64,000 bases of DNA. It comes from Eledone cirrhosa (lineage: Eukaryota). The position numbers and the translations under genes were made by a program. The notes beneath the pieces are model-generated. The model was not told where the DNA came from. It searched no databases and saw nothing but the letters and a program-made list of their open reading frames with translations. Below, in pieces: positions 28,405 to 41,428 of the stretch. The DNA is taken from contig OZ024743.1 in NCBI GenBank assembly GCA_964016885.1, positions 163,432,001 to 163,496,000 of the forward strand, written 5' to 3'. Numbering within the stretch: the first letter of the stretch is position 1; each line of letters begins with the position of its first letter.

Positions 28405-28702
28405 TCACAGCTCCGATATTATGGGCATGTGGTTAGAATGTATCAGGAAAGAATCACTGGATAGATTTTATAGGCCAAACCAACTGGCAGGAGACCCAGG
28501 GGTAGACCAAGCAAGATGATTTGATAGCATCCATGAGCTTGGCTGGTCTTGCCTGTGGATCCAACCGAATCCACAGGCTTCTGACAGGACTTGCTGAAAG
28601 GAGTGTTTGAGAACTCTGCCCCATGACTCTCTCAAGAAGAAGAAGAAGAAGAAGAAGAAGAAGAAGAAGAAGAAGAAGAAGAAGAAGAAGAAGAAGAAGA
28701 AA
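28405..28702 (+). mobile_element. RTE 3' end with (GAA)n tail
   Basis: YGHVVRM..KPTGRRPRGRP; related copies at 53780-54010 (-) and 63772-63875 (+). Confidence 0.75.
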
Positions 28703-29139
28703 TAATATTTATGTAAGAGAGAGGAGGGAATTGACTGAATATTTGTAGATACTGTGAATAAGAAACTACACAACATTCATCAACACACCAGATGTCTTAA
28801 GTCAGAGAGGTCTGAAAGAAATATCAACATCTGATCTAAGCAGCTCATACCCAAGCACACAAACATATATGTATATATGATGTATAGTGTAGATGTATGT
28901 TTCTGTATATGTGTACATATCAGATCTTTTCATTTTTTTTTTTGCTGTTGTTATGAAATTTATATATTTTGAAGCTTCCTCATCTGCTTTATGTTTCACT
29001 ATGTTATGCCATGTCAAATGAAATTTAGAAGCATGGTGGATGAAATCGATAGTGTCTCAACCACCACTTCCGATTACATACACAGCTGTACCAGTTATGA
29101 CCATCCAGTCTTTCTTTTCTTTCTTTTCAGATAGTTTAT

Positions 29140-30430
29140 TTAGCACGATTAGTGAGCTGACAGAGTTGTTAGAACATCAGATGGAATGTTTTACAGAATT
29201 CATTCTGACTCTCTGCACGCTCTGAGTACAAATCCTGCTGAGGTCCAACTTGACCTTTCATCCTTCCGAGATTGATAAAAAAATGTGCCAGTTCAGTACT
29301 GAGGTCAATTCTTCGTCTATATTTCTTCCTCATTTCTTTTCTCTCACTCTCTCTTTCTCTCTCTCCATCTCTGGAAGAAATCAACTGTGTTCAGACATGG
29401 AGTGGAGATGGTTTTGCCATCAGGAGTTATGGGTCTATACATATTTAGGACAGTCATTTGAACATAGACAAAATGCTTTGCAGCATTGATTCTGGCTCAA
29501 TTTTACTCTGAGCTCAAATCCTGCTGAGGTCAACATTACTTTTCATCTGTTCGAAATTGAGAAGAAAAAAAAGTACTAGTTTTGTACTAGGGTAGATTCT
29601 TCTCATCTCTCACTTACTCTCTCTCTCCTTCATTCTCACTCACTCTCTCTCTCCCTCTCTCTCTCCCTCACCCATTCCCCTCTCCCTCCTCTCTCTGTGA
29701 GTGTGTGTGTAGGAAATCAGCTGTGATCTAACCTGGAGAGTGATGAGCTTTGCCAGGTCTAAAATGCCAACAGTGTCCCTAGAACTCCATAAATTATGAA
29801 TCCATGCCATGCCATATTTAGGACCACATTATTCAATGCATATTTATTTATTTCTATTATGTTATGGTGTAATTTCATCAAGATTTAGCTGGTTAAGTAA
29901 GCACATATAGGCTCTCTTGTTGGAGGTAAACAACAATACTTGATGGTTCATATCCCATCACCAATCCACCACGGTGTCAATGACAAAAGATAGCTTAGCT
30001 CAGCTCTCAATGTAAACAGGTATTGTAATGTGGTAGAGTTTACTTCTGTATGATTGGTGATTGTCTCATAAGGTAGGTTAGGCAATAGTGAGGTGAAAGA
30101 TTGAAATACAAGAGGGAATCCAAAATACCTGAAAGCTTAGGTGTCTAGTCATGTCTTAATATAGCACTGCTTCTAAGTTTGTAGTATGAAGTCAAAATAT
30201 TCTCATGCACAAATCCTGCAATATCCTTGATAAATCTTCAGTGGACTGCAATGGATTCGCCGAATCATTAGTGCATTGGACAAAATGCTTTTATATTCAG
30301 GGTTCAAATCCCTTTGAGGTCAACTTTGCCTTTTTATCTTTCCAGAGTGAATAAAATAAAGTACCAGTTCAGTTCTGGGATTCATATAATTGACTTTCCC
30401 TGGGACTTTGCCAAAATTAAAAATCATTAT
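29140..30430 (+). mobile_element. Cluster of old SINE family A-related copies
   Basis: Degenerate caaatcc..gaggtcaactttgcctttcatc cores near 29230, 29515 and 30305. Confidence 0.6.
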
Positions 30431-31559
30431 TATTGTTATCATCAGTTTTGTTTTGACTACACTCATTGTGAGTTACAGGCCTTGGTAAGCCTATTACATA
30501 GTTGCTTTGTCTTTGTATGTATTTATGGTCTCGTAACTCCCGAGGGAGTCGTAAGGGTACTGATTTGATATACAGCATTTCTAGGGCATTTTTTAAACCT
30601 GGCAGTGCCCATCTCTTCTCCAGGTCTGAATACAGCAGATTTATTCCAGAGAAAGAGAGTGAGAGAATGGAAGTAAGAAAGAGACAGAAGAAGAATCGCC
30701 TCCACCACTAAAATCAATAATTTTTTTAGCTTGTTTCCTTTGATTTTCTTTTTAAACCAGAATTAGTTGTTTAGTTTTATTTAGGTTTATAACATATAGG
30801 ATTTCTTGTAATGTTCTTTTTTTGTCATGTATAGGGTTTTTTAATATCTAAAGAAAATTAATTGTCACAGAAATGCTACCACTTGAAATAAAATTTCACA
30901 GGAGAAAGATTAGCAAAATTTAATAAGTAGGGTGGTTGGAATAATAGCGGGGGAAAATTCTGACAAATTAATTAGTGGTAGGGGGACGATTACTCAAGAC
31001 CCGAGAGTATATGCTTATCAGGACATGCTTATTTGTTTATCAATCTTGCCCTCATCTAGAGGTGATATCAAAAGTTTTGAAATGATTATTTTTTATGATT
31101 AACAGTGTGAATTCCACACCATTCTACTCACTACAAGTTTAAAGCTAGATAAGCAGGAAATGACTACAAAGCATCACTTTTCCCTGCTCTTGTGTTTTAA
31201 GTAGATAAAACCTATATCTCTTTAAAAAGTCCTTAAGATTACTATAATTAGTAAGAGGGAAGAATGCAGTTATTCCAATGTATTTGAAGTCGTAGTGTTT
31301 CCTGTGGGACTAATGTATTTCTCTAATTGTTGTTTAGCCCATGGTCAGACCTGATCAAACAGACATATGATCTAAGGCATTTGAGCCAAGTCTATGCCTC
31401 ATATTTTTTAATATATCCAGTCATGACAACTTCATTTTATTTTCGGACTATATGTTAATTGACATAGTTTTCTATACATGGTAGTAAGAAATATTTATTT
31501 AATTATCTGCTTATTTAAAAAGTGAAATAGGCCTCTAGATTTTTACTTTGCATGCATTA

Positions 31560-33100
31560 GATCTCCTCACTTTGCTAAATGATGTATTAACATTTCTTTT
31601 ATTCAATCTACAAACTCATCACTGTAACTACTTTGAATTCCTTTTATTCTCATCTTATCTCTCAGTTCATTCATGCTGTCATTCACATACACAAACATTA
31701 CACTTCTAGCAAAGCATGTGTATTTCATTTCTTTTTTGCCAATGCAGATCTTCTGCACTCAGGGACTATGTCTAACTGCCATGCAGCATAGCAGTTTGGA
31801 TACAAGCATTATATAATCTGCCAGCAGAGGTAACAAGTCCCTGAACTTCTTTCACACTATTCACTTTCAGTACATCTACTTCCACTACTGCTAAGGTGCC
31901 CTATATAGCAAAAGCTGTCAAATACTTCTAATGAACCTTTTGAGCATATAAGGAAGTTCATTTCCTGAGTACTCTTATGCACCTGTCACATATGAAGTTT
32001 ACTTTCCTGACAGCCAACTCATGATCCCACTACATCTCTTAGATCCCATAACTCCTGATGGAATTGTAGGGGTGCTGTATTGACATACAGTGTTTCTTGG
32101 GTGTTTTAAACCTTGTGGAGCCAATCCCTCTCCATGTCTGAATATAGCAGATTTCTTCTAGAGAAGGATAGAAAGTGAGAAGGAGAAAGTGAGAAAGAGA
32201 TATAGAGGAGGAATTGACCCCCAGTACTAGATTGGTACTTTTTTATTGACCTCAAAAGGATAAAAGGCAAATTTGACCTCAACAGGATTTGAACACAAAG
32301 AGCAGAGAGCTAGCATGAATACGAGGGCAAAGCAGTCTATCTGATGTTCTAATGACTCTGCCAATTCACCGGCTTTCTAAAACTTTAGTCTTTACAAAGT
32401 TTCCATATCTGGAACTTCTGCTCTGGTTCTTCTACGGTTTCTGGTATGAGCACTAGATCATGATCATTTGAGAGTTTCCATGGGCATCTAAGTTCATCAC
32501 TGTACTCATTGTTAACTCCCACTTACTTTCTGCACTCCTGCACATGGCTTGTACAGCTTTCACAAGGCATTCATCTATAACCTCTTGAGTGTCCACCAGA
32601 TTACAGAGCAGAGAATTCTGTCAAAAGCCTTTTCCAGGTCAACAAATCCTAGGAATAGGAGCTTAGTAATATTCTTAGTTTAGTATTTTTCTTGCTGTAG
32701 TGCATCTTCCTAGCATAAACTGCATTTTATCACAATTAATTCTATCCCTAATTAACTTTGCTATCACTCTTTCTGTAACCTTTCTATAACCTACTCTAAC
32801 AATTTGATACTCTGTAATTGCCTCTCTAATGTACATCTCCTTTATCCTTGTAACAGTTGACATTGATGCTGCTATGTCAGTCATTGGGTATAACACCTTC
32901 CTGCACTATCTGGTTAACTATACAAGTAACTAGTCAGTGTCCTGCTCTATCAGACAGTTTAACCATCTCAGTGACAATCTCCAAAGGTCGAGCTACCTTC
33001 CTTATCTTCATTTTCTTAATCCCCTTATCTACGCTATTGCTGTCAACTTTAATGGCTGGTCCTTCAGTTAGGTCTACTTGGGAAGTTTGGGTAAGATGAA
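31560..33100 (-). mobile_element. Fragmented old RTEX-like LINE with a SINE insertion at about 32215-32370
   Basis: The reverse complement matches VTERVIAKLIRDRI, DLEKAFDRI and post-RT segments. Confidence 0.65.
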
Positions 33101-33184
33101 ATTATCTGACAGGTTTTGCCTCAGAACATACAATGCATACAAGCATGGAAAATAGAGGTTAAATAGTGATGAGGATGATAATGC

Positions 33185-33215
<31 letters not shown>

Positions 33216-33252
33216 TGTATGTATGTATGTATGTATGTATGTATGTATGTAT

Positions 33253-33885
33253 GTCAGGTCACCAGTTGGTGCTACTGGTAACATGTATTCCAGTACAACC
33301 TGTCCCATGGTCGGGTCGTTGGCGACTAAACTGGCAACCCCACCAAGGTTTCTTGGTGAGGAGGGTGACTTTGGACATCCTGCAGGACTAAAAACAAAAC
33401 CTGTCAAAAGGCAAAGGAGCTCTTAAGAGTCAATGGCCATCCAAAATCACCGGGAGAGATGACCCCTTAGCCTTTGTCAAGGCAGAATTCTAGGAGAAGG
33501 AAAACTCTGATATAACACCTGCAACCCTGATGGTATCCAATGATGTTGACTTGTTCTTCTTTTTGGTAAATATCATCTTGGTTAAGAGAGTGGGACTGGC
33601 TTTGTGCAGTGCCTTTGCTCACTATAAAAGCTTCACGGCACAGGCATTGCTTTGTATCTGGAGATCTCTCTGCATTTGTCGTCACATGGTACCATGGGCC
33701 CAGCACTATGTGTCAATAATTATCACAAGTGTAGTGTTTGTACCAGAGCTTTCAAGTCGCTGGCTGGACTAAAAAGTCACACTCGTTCAGCGCATCAGTA
33801 GGGGTTCTCCTACATGGATATAAAGTAGTGGCCGTACTCGAAAACGAGTTGGCAGCCACCATGTATGTATGTATGTATGTATGTG
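33253..33885 (+). mobile_element. Short internally deleted (bipartite) RTE-derived element within (ATGT)n
   Basis: RTE-type 5'UTR motif ctaggagaaggaaaactctga; terminal C2H2 finger [23 protein letters not shown] at 33730-33801; (ATGT)n on both sides. Confidence 0.65.
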
Positions 33886-33999
33886 TGTGTGTGTGTGTAT
33901 GTGTGTATGTGTGTGTATGTATGATTGCATGTGTGTGTGTGTATATATATGTATGTGTATGTGTGTGTTGTGTGTGTATCTTTAAATACATGTATATAC

Positions 34000-34067
<68 letters not shown>

Positions 34068-34080
34068 TACATATATATAC

Positions 34081-34140
<60 letters not shown>

Positions 34141-34187
34141 CAAATATTGGTAGTTAAGACGGGATTAAATCACCATAATTGTTTATT

Positions 34188-34238
34188 GCATTATATATAT
34201 TTCTGTTACATGGTTATTCATGTGACCTTATCAGATGC
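34188..34238 (-). ncRNA. Hammerhead ribozyme motif (G8 mutated to A) in a pLTR-like segment
   Basis: Minus strand: gcat-CTGATAA-ggtcacatg aataac catgtaaca-GAAA-tatata-TA-atgc, then AATAAA. Stem I is perfect and stem II is near perfect. Confidence 0.65.
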
Positions 34239-34379
34239 TTATGTAATCAGTGTAGTGCTTTGGATTGCTAGGACCTGCTTATCACCAGGAAGTTACTACA
34301 TAACAACTAAGATAAACAACACTCTTGTATGTATATATATATGTGTGTGTGTATGTGTGTGTGTATGTGTATAACTCGG

Positions 34380-36495
34380 GTGAAACATGTATCCTCAAGT
34401 ATGGTTTGTTAATTTGTTGTGAAAATAACTCTATTCCAAACTCGTCCTTCAGACTGAGTGCTCTTCCAACTTTGGATATAACCGCCTCGTTTTTTACCAC
34501 AATACACGACTCCAGCATGGATTAGCTGATTTTTCACACCTACAGCATGTGGAAGTTTGGCATTCTACCCTGTGAGCACTCTTTATATCCTTGTCTTACA
34601 CAACCATCACATTACCAACCTTAGAATGGATCTATATGAGCTGGATTATTCCTTGAAGAACACTCCCTCCAACCAAGTTTATTCGATGCTTCTTCTCCAA
34701 AAAGCAGAAGACATCATCAAACACTTGAGATGGTGGGCACTGGCTTTCAACGGAAAAACTATGGGCACTGCCGACACCTACAACCTGAAATCGAGAGCCC
34801 ATCGACTCAAAGTAAATGACCTCGCTCCCTTTGAAGTGGACCTTCTTGACTTAGTAGCTAACATTACTTTCCACAACCACTCTAGCTCTTTCCAAAACAA
34901 ACTTAGCAGAGACATTTAAAAATTTAGATCTTCCAATAACACTTTCATCCTATCTGATAAAATCAACATTTATGAAGTTGATCAACCTACTTACAACCAC
35001 TTGGCATGAAATACTATAATGTCGAAGGACTAAAAAGCAGACCCCCTCAGCTTACATTATCCTCAATAGGGAAGTCAAGTACCTAGCCTCCACCCATAAT
35101 GTAGATAAGAAACTAGGATCACAAGGCTGATTTTGCTACTAACCCCACTATTAGACTGTTGAACCTAGCATAGACAGAGATGGGGCCACTTAGCAAATCT
35201 ATTCTTTGAGGAGTAGTTAAGACCATTAGAAAGAAATCTATAACAAGACACTGGGTTGTATGTACAATATTTATTTACGAAGATTGAGCTGAGTAGAGCT
35301 GAATAGTTGACATGCCAAGAGAGATGAAACAACGAATTAAGGAATTCTCAGGAGGCAAGGTCTACTGGCGGAGATGTTGCCAGGCCGTGGTTAAGTTGTT
35401 GTGTTACATATTCGCTAGTGATTTCGCGACGAAAGAAAGTTAGTTGTTTACTTTTTCACAGTCAGGAATGGAGAGAGTATACCTTCAACGGAACGTTCCT
35501 GGCCGAAAGGCCAGGCAGCCAAAAGATGAAAAGAGAGAGAGATAGCTTTCAGTTCTCTCCTTTATAGTTCCCTGGATGGAAGTCACAAAGAAGGTTCTGC
35601 AACCTCAACGGGAAGTAACTCCAGCTACTTCCTGTCTAGAGAGCACTACAAATCCAAACTGTCCCAGAGGGAAAACAGTGACTCTGTTTGTTGTTAAGTG
35701 GTTTAACTCTTTCAACACCAACAAGGCTAAATTCCTCCAGTTCGACATTGTGGACTTCTACCCATCAATCTCAATGATCCTGTTGGATAAAGTGTTGGAG
35801 TTTACCACTATATACACCTCAGTCTATGACTTGGATAGATAGATCATTACCCACTGCAAAAAAAACCTCCACTTCAGTAATGGTGTAGCCTGGGCAAAAA
35901 GATCAACTACCTCAGAACTATTCAATTTCTCAATGGGATCATTCAATAGTGCTGATGTATGTGATTTGGTTGGGTTTTATATATGAGATATGTTGCAAGT
36001 CAAATTCCCAGATTTCCACACGGGTTTATACCATGACAATGGTCTGATACTATCGAGCCCTAAAAGTGGTGGAGAGCTTGACCGATTTAAGAAAAACCTG
36101 ATAGCCACATTCAATCAGTCAGTGTAGCCACCAATCTGACTAGCATAAATTATTTAGACATCAACCTAAACCTTCGCACACACACATTCAGACCTTTCCA
36201 CAAACTTAATGGAAAATTAACTTATATACACAAGGACTGATGTCACTCACCTATGGTCTTTAAAAACTTTGTTAAACACATCAGTACTAGGATTTCTAAT
36301 CTTCTAAAAAGACTATCTTTGACAGAGCGACACCTTACTATAACACTGTGTTAGCCTCACTACCAGTAGAAAGAAAAATAGATATAAAAAAATAATTTGG
36401 TTCTGTCCACCTTTCTCACTTGGAGTTAGAACTAATGTAAGTAAGACATTCTTAGTGCTCCTAGACAAGCATTTGCCTCTAGGGCAAACTCAAAT
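34380..36495 (+). mobile_element. Penelope-like element, decayed, interrupted by a solo LTR
   Basis: YSLKNTP, LRWWALAF, IRLLNLA, FLQFDIVDFYPSIS, MGSFNSADVCDLVG, YHDNGL, IWFCPPFS. Confidence 0.85.
35240..35686 (-). mobile_element. Probable solo LTR fragment
   Basis: Foreign block inside PLE RT coding sequence. The minus strand has ctataaagg, then aataaa, and ends gtcttgttata. Confidence 0.5.
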
Positions 36496-36842
36496 CATCA
36501 TCATCATCATTTCATTTTATGTCCGCTTTTCCCTGCTTGCAAGGGTGGGACGGGAACTGATTCTGGCTTGATTTCTACAGCTGGATGCCCTTCCTAACAC
36601 CAACCTCATTTACAGTGAGTGCTGCGTGCTTTTTTTTTTCCGTGGCGCCTACACGTCCACTTTGCAGTGGAATGATATGGACCCCAGTCCCTATCATCTC
36701 ATTTCTACAGCTGAGTAAACTGGAGCAATGTGAAATAAAGTGTCTTGCTCAAGGAAACAACACATCACCCGGTCTGAGAATTGAACTCACAACCTTTCGA
36801 TTGCAAGGCCAATGCTCTAACCACTAAGCCATGTGCCTCCAT
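36496..36842 (-). mobile_element. SINE family B (tRNA-like head, (ATG)n tail)
   Basis: Near identical to 59125-59400; the head on the minus strand reads ggcttagtggttagagc..gagttcaattctc. Confidence 0.85.
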
Positions 36843-37399
36843 GGTTTGCTTATTTGTTGTAGAACAAAATATATGTATATATATATGTCTGTGGATGTAT
36901 ATGTATATACGTATATACATGTATATGTAAATATGTATGTGTGTGTATATATATATATATTTTTACAAAATTATCATGTAAAACATCACATTCCAGAAAA
37001 GTGGGAATAACATTTATTGCATGACACTGACATGTTTCATTGTATGTGTTACATATCAGTCTAGGATTGCTAATATTTGACTATTGTAATCAAATTAAAT
37101 TGAATCCAACTACTTAAAAAATCACATGTAGACAACAAATTTTCAAAGTGGAATAAGAACTTTTTAACATATTGAGATATATTGAAGGAAGACAAGAATT
37201 CAAGGAAAAAGGTAAAAAGAAAACAAAAGAGAAAAATGAAAAGAAGAATTAAGAAAAGAAAACATGATAAAGAAAAGGAAAAAGAAAGAGAGGAAGAAAC
37301 ACATAAAATAAGAGATAGGGAGAGATACATGGAGAATAGTATTTTAGACAGAGAAACATAAGTAGAGGAAGAAATAAAGAAGAAGAACATAAAGAAGAA

Positions 37400-39191
37400 T
37401 CACTGGTTCTACCCATCGACAGGGGAAGAAAGGCTGCTGACAAAACTAATAAGCCTTGCTGAAAAAGAATAGAGAAGACACAGAAAAAGCAGCCAGTCGA
37501 AATGACATGAAAACCCTATACCACATCATAAGAGAGATGACTGGGATAGGGAGCAATTCAGGTATGCCAGTGAAAGACAAAAGTGGCAAAACCCTGGTAA
37601 CAGCAGACAAACAAGACCAGAGATAGGTAGAACACTTCCAGTAGAACACTTCTAGGAGTCACTAAACCAACCAGCTCAAACTGTTTTGTTTGTCTTTGAC
37701 TCAGAGCCAACGGCAATTGATTGCACCACTCCAAGTCTGTGAGGACCAAATTACGAAACGGGAAACAAGAGATGCGATCAAGGCTCTGAAGAACAACAAG
37801 GCCGGTGGACTTAACGAGATCTCGGTAGAGATGCTGAAATCTGGTGAGGCCAACACTATCACAGCGCTGACCAGACTGATGAACCACTGCTGGCAGGATG
37901 GACACTTGCCCGTCGAATGGTAAAGGAAGTCATCATTAAACTGCTGAAGGAGAATCTAACAGATTGTAACAACTGGTGTGGCACTGTTGTCAATCCCAGG
38001 CAAAGTATTCAGCACAGTGTTGCTATGATGGCTACGGCAAGATGTAGACTCTAGGCTCAGAGAAGAACAAGTAGGTTTCTGAAGCAACCACTCGTGCACT
38101 GAACGGATCTTTACACTGCACAACATGTTTGAGCAGTGCATAGAGCTACGAAAGCAGCTGGTGGTCAACTTCATTGACTTTCGTAAACCATTTGACAGTG
38201 TGCACAGGGAGTTGCTATGGGACATTGCACTGTTATATGGCATTCCTCAGAGTTTCATCAGCCAACTCAAGCTGTTGCATGGTAACCGAATCTGGTACAA
38301 CGGAGTTCTTCGACATTATCTCTGGGGTCATACAAGACTGTATCCTCTTTCCCCTGTTCTTCCTACTGGCAGCTGATTTTGTATTGAAAAAGACTGCAGA
38401 CGAAGCCAGTTGGTAGATCTTGTGGAAAGAGAAATCAAGACAGAAAGACCTGGATTTTGCCAACGACACCTTGCTAGCTGAGGACAGTATGAACTTTCAG
38501 GAGCTAACAACCTCCCTGCAGCTGAACACTGAGAAGATAAGGTTATGAGTCAACACCCAAAAGACCAAGGTTATGAAGGTGGGAAGCAGCCCCAGCCTGG
38601 TGGTTGCAGTTGAGGTGAACCAACAGGAGCTGGATGAAGTTGACCACTTCACGTTTCTTGGCAGCATCTTGAGCAACATTGGCAAGATCAAGCTGGACAT
38701 CAACTGCAGGATTAGAAAGGTGACTGCAGATGCACTTGATTTGGTCAAACACTGCCATCAGCATGTACATCAAGCCGCACTTGTATACCAGCATTTTACT
38801 TCCCACGGCCATCTACGCCTGCGAAATGAGGAAATGCACTGCCAAGACAAATAGGGGTCTACACACTTTCCATCCAAGGTGCCTGCATAAAATTCTAAAG
38901 ATTCAACTGGCAAGATTGTGTTGTCATGGAGCATCAGTTCCTTTTTGTGGGTCACATTCTGTGCCTCCCAGAACACCACCCATCCAAATAGCAATGATGT
39001 GGACTCCCACCGAAGGCAAGCATAAAAGAGGGTGACTGAAGATGACCTGGCAGCAGACATTCCAAAGTGGTCTACAAACTGTGAACATCACCTGGCATGG
39101 ATGTTAATGAGCTGCTGCCGATCGACAACATTGGAGACAATTGGTTGACTTATTTTCCCGACAGAATCAGCCGGACTAAGAGCTAAGAGCT
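37400..39191 (+). mobile_element. RTE-clade LINE, decayed, with (ctaagag)n tail
   Basis: LKNNKAGGLNEISVEMLK, NFIDFRKPFDSVHR, GVIQDCILFPLFF, FTFLGSI, MMWTPTEGKHKRG. Confidence 0.88.
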
Positions 39192-39216
39192 GATATACAT
39201 ATATATATATATATAT

Positions 39217-39375
39217 AATTAGAAAATACATAGCTTTCACCGTATTTTTTTTGACTAAAGGAATTCTAGCTTGATAACCCCGTTATCAAGCTAAAATTCC
39301 TTTAGTCAAAAAAAATACGGTGAAAGCTATATATTTTCTAATTTCAGACTCGCTCACTGTTTCAAAACATACTTA
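39217..39375 (+). repeat. Fold-back module (about 62-bp arms, 3-nt loop, about 30-bp tail) in (TA)n
   Basis: 39217-39278 is the near-perfect reverse complement of 39282-39343. Confidence 0.92.
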
Positions 39376-39389
39376 CATATATATATATG

Positions 39390-39423
<34 letters not shown>

Positions 39424-39454
39424 TATATGAGCTGATATATATATATATATATAT

Positions 39455-39945
39455 ATCTGCTTTTCCCTGCTTGCAAGGGTGAGATGGGTCCTCATCAGCA
39501 CAGGATCTCTCCATTCATCATGGTCCTTCATCATCTCCTCTGTGAGCTTCAGCAATCTAAGGTCAGCTCTCACCACCAAGCAGCATTGCGCATCTCACAC
39601 AGGCATCATACAACCCACCTTTCATTCATAAGGAGAAATCTTTTGATGTCAACAGAGGAAACAGCTGCCTAAACTTCTTCCATCCTGTCCTTATTCTAGA
39701 TACTATGGCCTCGGAGCATCTGCCTCCCTTGCTAATTTGATCATCTAGATATCTGAAGCTATCAACCACCGCTATAGATCCTACCTACATTTGAAAAATG
39801 TGCCTATCACTGACACTTCATTATCAATTTTCCCTGAACATCTACTATATACAAAGTTTTCCTTTCCTGTTAGTTTGCCTGCTATCCCACTATACCTCTT
39901 GTGTACCCAAGATTTGCATCGTAAACATTCTATAGAGTTTATAAA
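39455..39945 (-). mobile_element. RTEX-like 3' fragment
   Basis: The reverse complement has CKSWVHKR, FRYLD and VVRADLRLLKLTEEMMKD. Confidence 0.7.
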
Positions 39946-40344
39946 CATATATAAGTATGAAAAACAGGAAAAACTGGGCAGGAAGAAGTGGACAGAAAGA
40001 GAAATTTATTGTGTTCAATCTATAACATATGTTTCTGTACAATTATGTAACCGTCTACATGCGGTGACTGCATTATACAATGTTCATTCATATGTATTAC
40101 GTGTCTATGATTGTACTTCATCAGAAAGAGGACAAGAAAAAGTTTAACAGAACAGAAGAAAAATTGTTTATACTCCTAGGTGTGTATATCACATTTCTGC
40201 AATAAGCATTACTTACTGCTGACAAAGATAAAGTACAAAACCTTGGTAAACAGAGAAATTCAGAATCAAAATAAAAAATACCTTCTTTAAGTTCTATAAA
40301 ATCCATCTTTAAGTTCTTAGGCCTCAAATTGAAACTGTCAATTA

Positions 40345-41345
40345 ATCCAAAACCAGATCTTTGGATTTGAAAACACCAAAGCACTCTCACTCCAAGTCCT
40401 ACCTATGGTTTAATCCTCCGCATAATGAATTAGTCACTGTTAAAATATCTTCACTTTTCTTTAGACTGTTAGATGAAAGTTTTCCTCCCACACATAAGTA
40501 TCATAGAATCTTGAATAGAAGAATCCATTTGTCCTACTCTACCATGGCAAACCTTAGCAGCTTCATAATAAATAAGTGCCTCCGGGATTTTAGCAGAAAC
40601 AACCAGCCTAAACAAGGCTAAGGTATCTAACTCTACTACCAGAATAACTAACCAACCATCTTCCCAACCCTCCACGTTGAGCACGAATATGCCCAGCCCT
40701 TTTAATGGATTGTACAATGTATGTGTGAATCTAACTCAACCTCCCCATATCTTGAATACTTCCCCAAATGCAAGAATAGATGATCACCCATACATTTTGC
40801 ACGGACACACAGCAACTGCAGGCAACCTAATAGATGTCCTCTAAATGGAAAATGCATGTATAAAAATATTGTTTATCAATGTGTGGTCAAAATCAAATTA
40901 GAGATGTATAAAAATGTGGGTGCCACGTCCCAAAAAAAAGATTGTATGTGCACACCCATTCATTCAAGAATCCCAGACTACGTAAATCAACTACCCTAGC
41001 CAAAAAAATCTGGGATTTAAAACAAGATATATTAAGATTTGCCCACCCATACCAATATGAAAGACGCCCCTACAATCTCTGTGTTGGAAGTGTTGGAAAT
41101 TATGACTGGATCAGCTCTATTGAACTCTCATCTTTAACTGCCAACATAAGGCATTAAAGACTTTCACTAAATATCACCTTGATTAGCATAGGGTTGGATC
41201 CTCACTCTCTAGCTACTCTACAATTATTATTATATATAGTAATAATAATAAATAGAAATACCAAAATCAATGCCAGAAGATCCCACTTTAGGGTGAAAGC
41301 AGAAATTGTTTACTTAAACTTTTAATTAAAAAAATAAAAAAATAT
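40345..41345 (+). mobile_element. Penelope-like element 3' half with pLTR
   Basis: YLWFNPP, FPPTHKYHRI, SYSTMANL, CPLNGKC..NIVYQC, YVHTHSFKN; related to 46917-47942. Confidence 0.85.
41270..41320 (+). ncRNA. Degenerate hammerhead motif with CAGAAGA core
   Basis: CAGAAGA-tccc acttta gggt-GAAA-gc..ctt-aaact; homologous to 45892-45942, but stem I is disrupted. Confidence 0.5.
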
Positions 41346-41372
41346 ATATATATGAATATAAATATAAATGAA

Positions 41373-41427
<55 letters not shown>

Positions 41428-41428
<1 letters not shown>

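Noticed and set aside
30940-31010. DNA transposon terminal inverted repeat
   Set aside because: It looks like a TIR ending in gagagta, but I found no partner end or transposase.
39266-39330. Complete U3:A8 hammerhead using TTGATAA at 39271
   Set aside because: The base of stem II and stem I do not pair convincingly; the box may simply be the inverted copy of ttatcaa.
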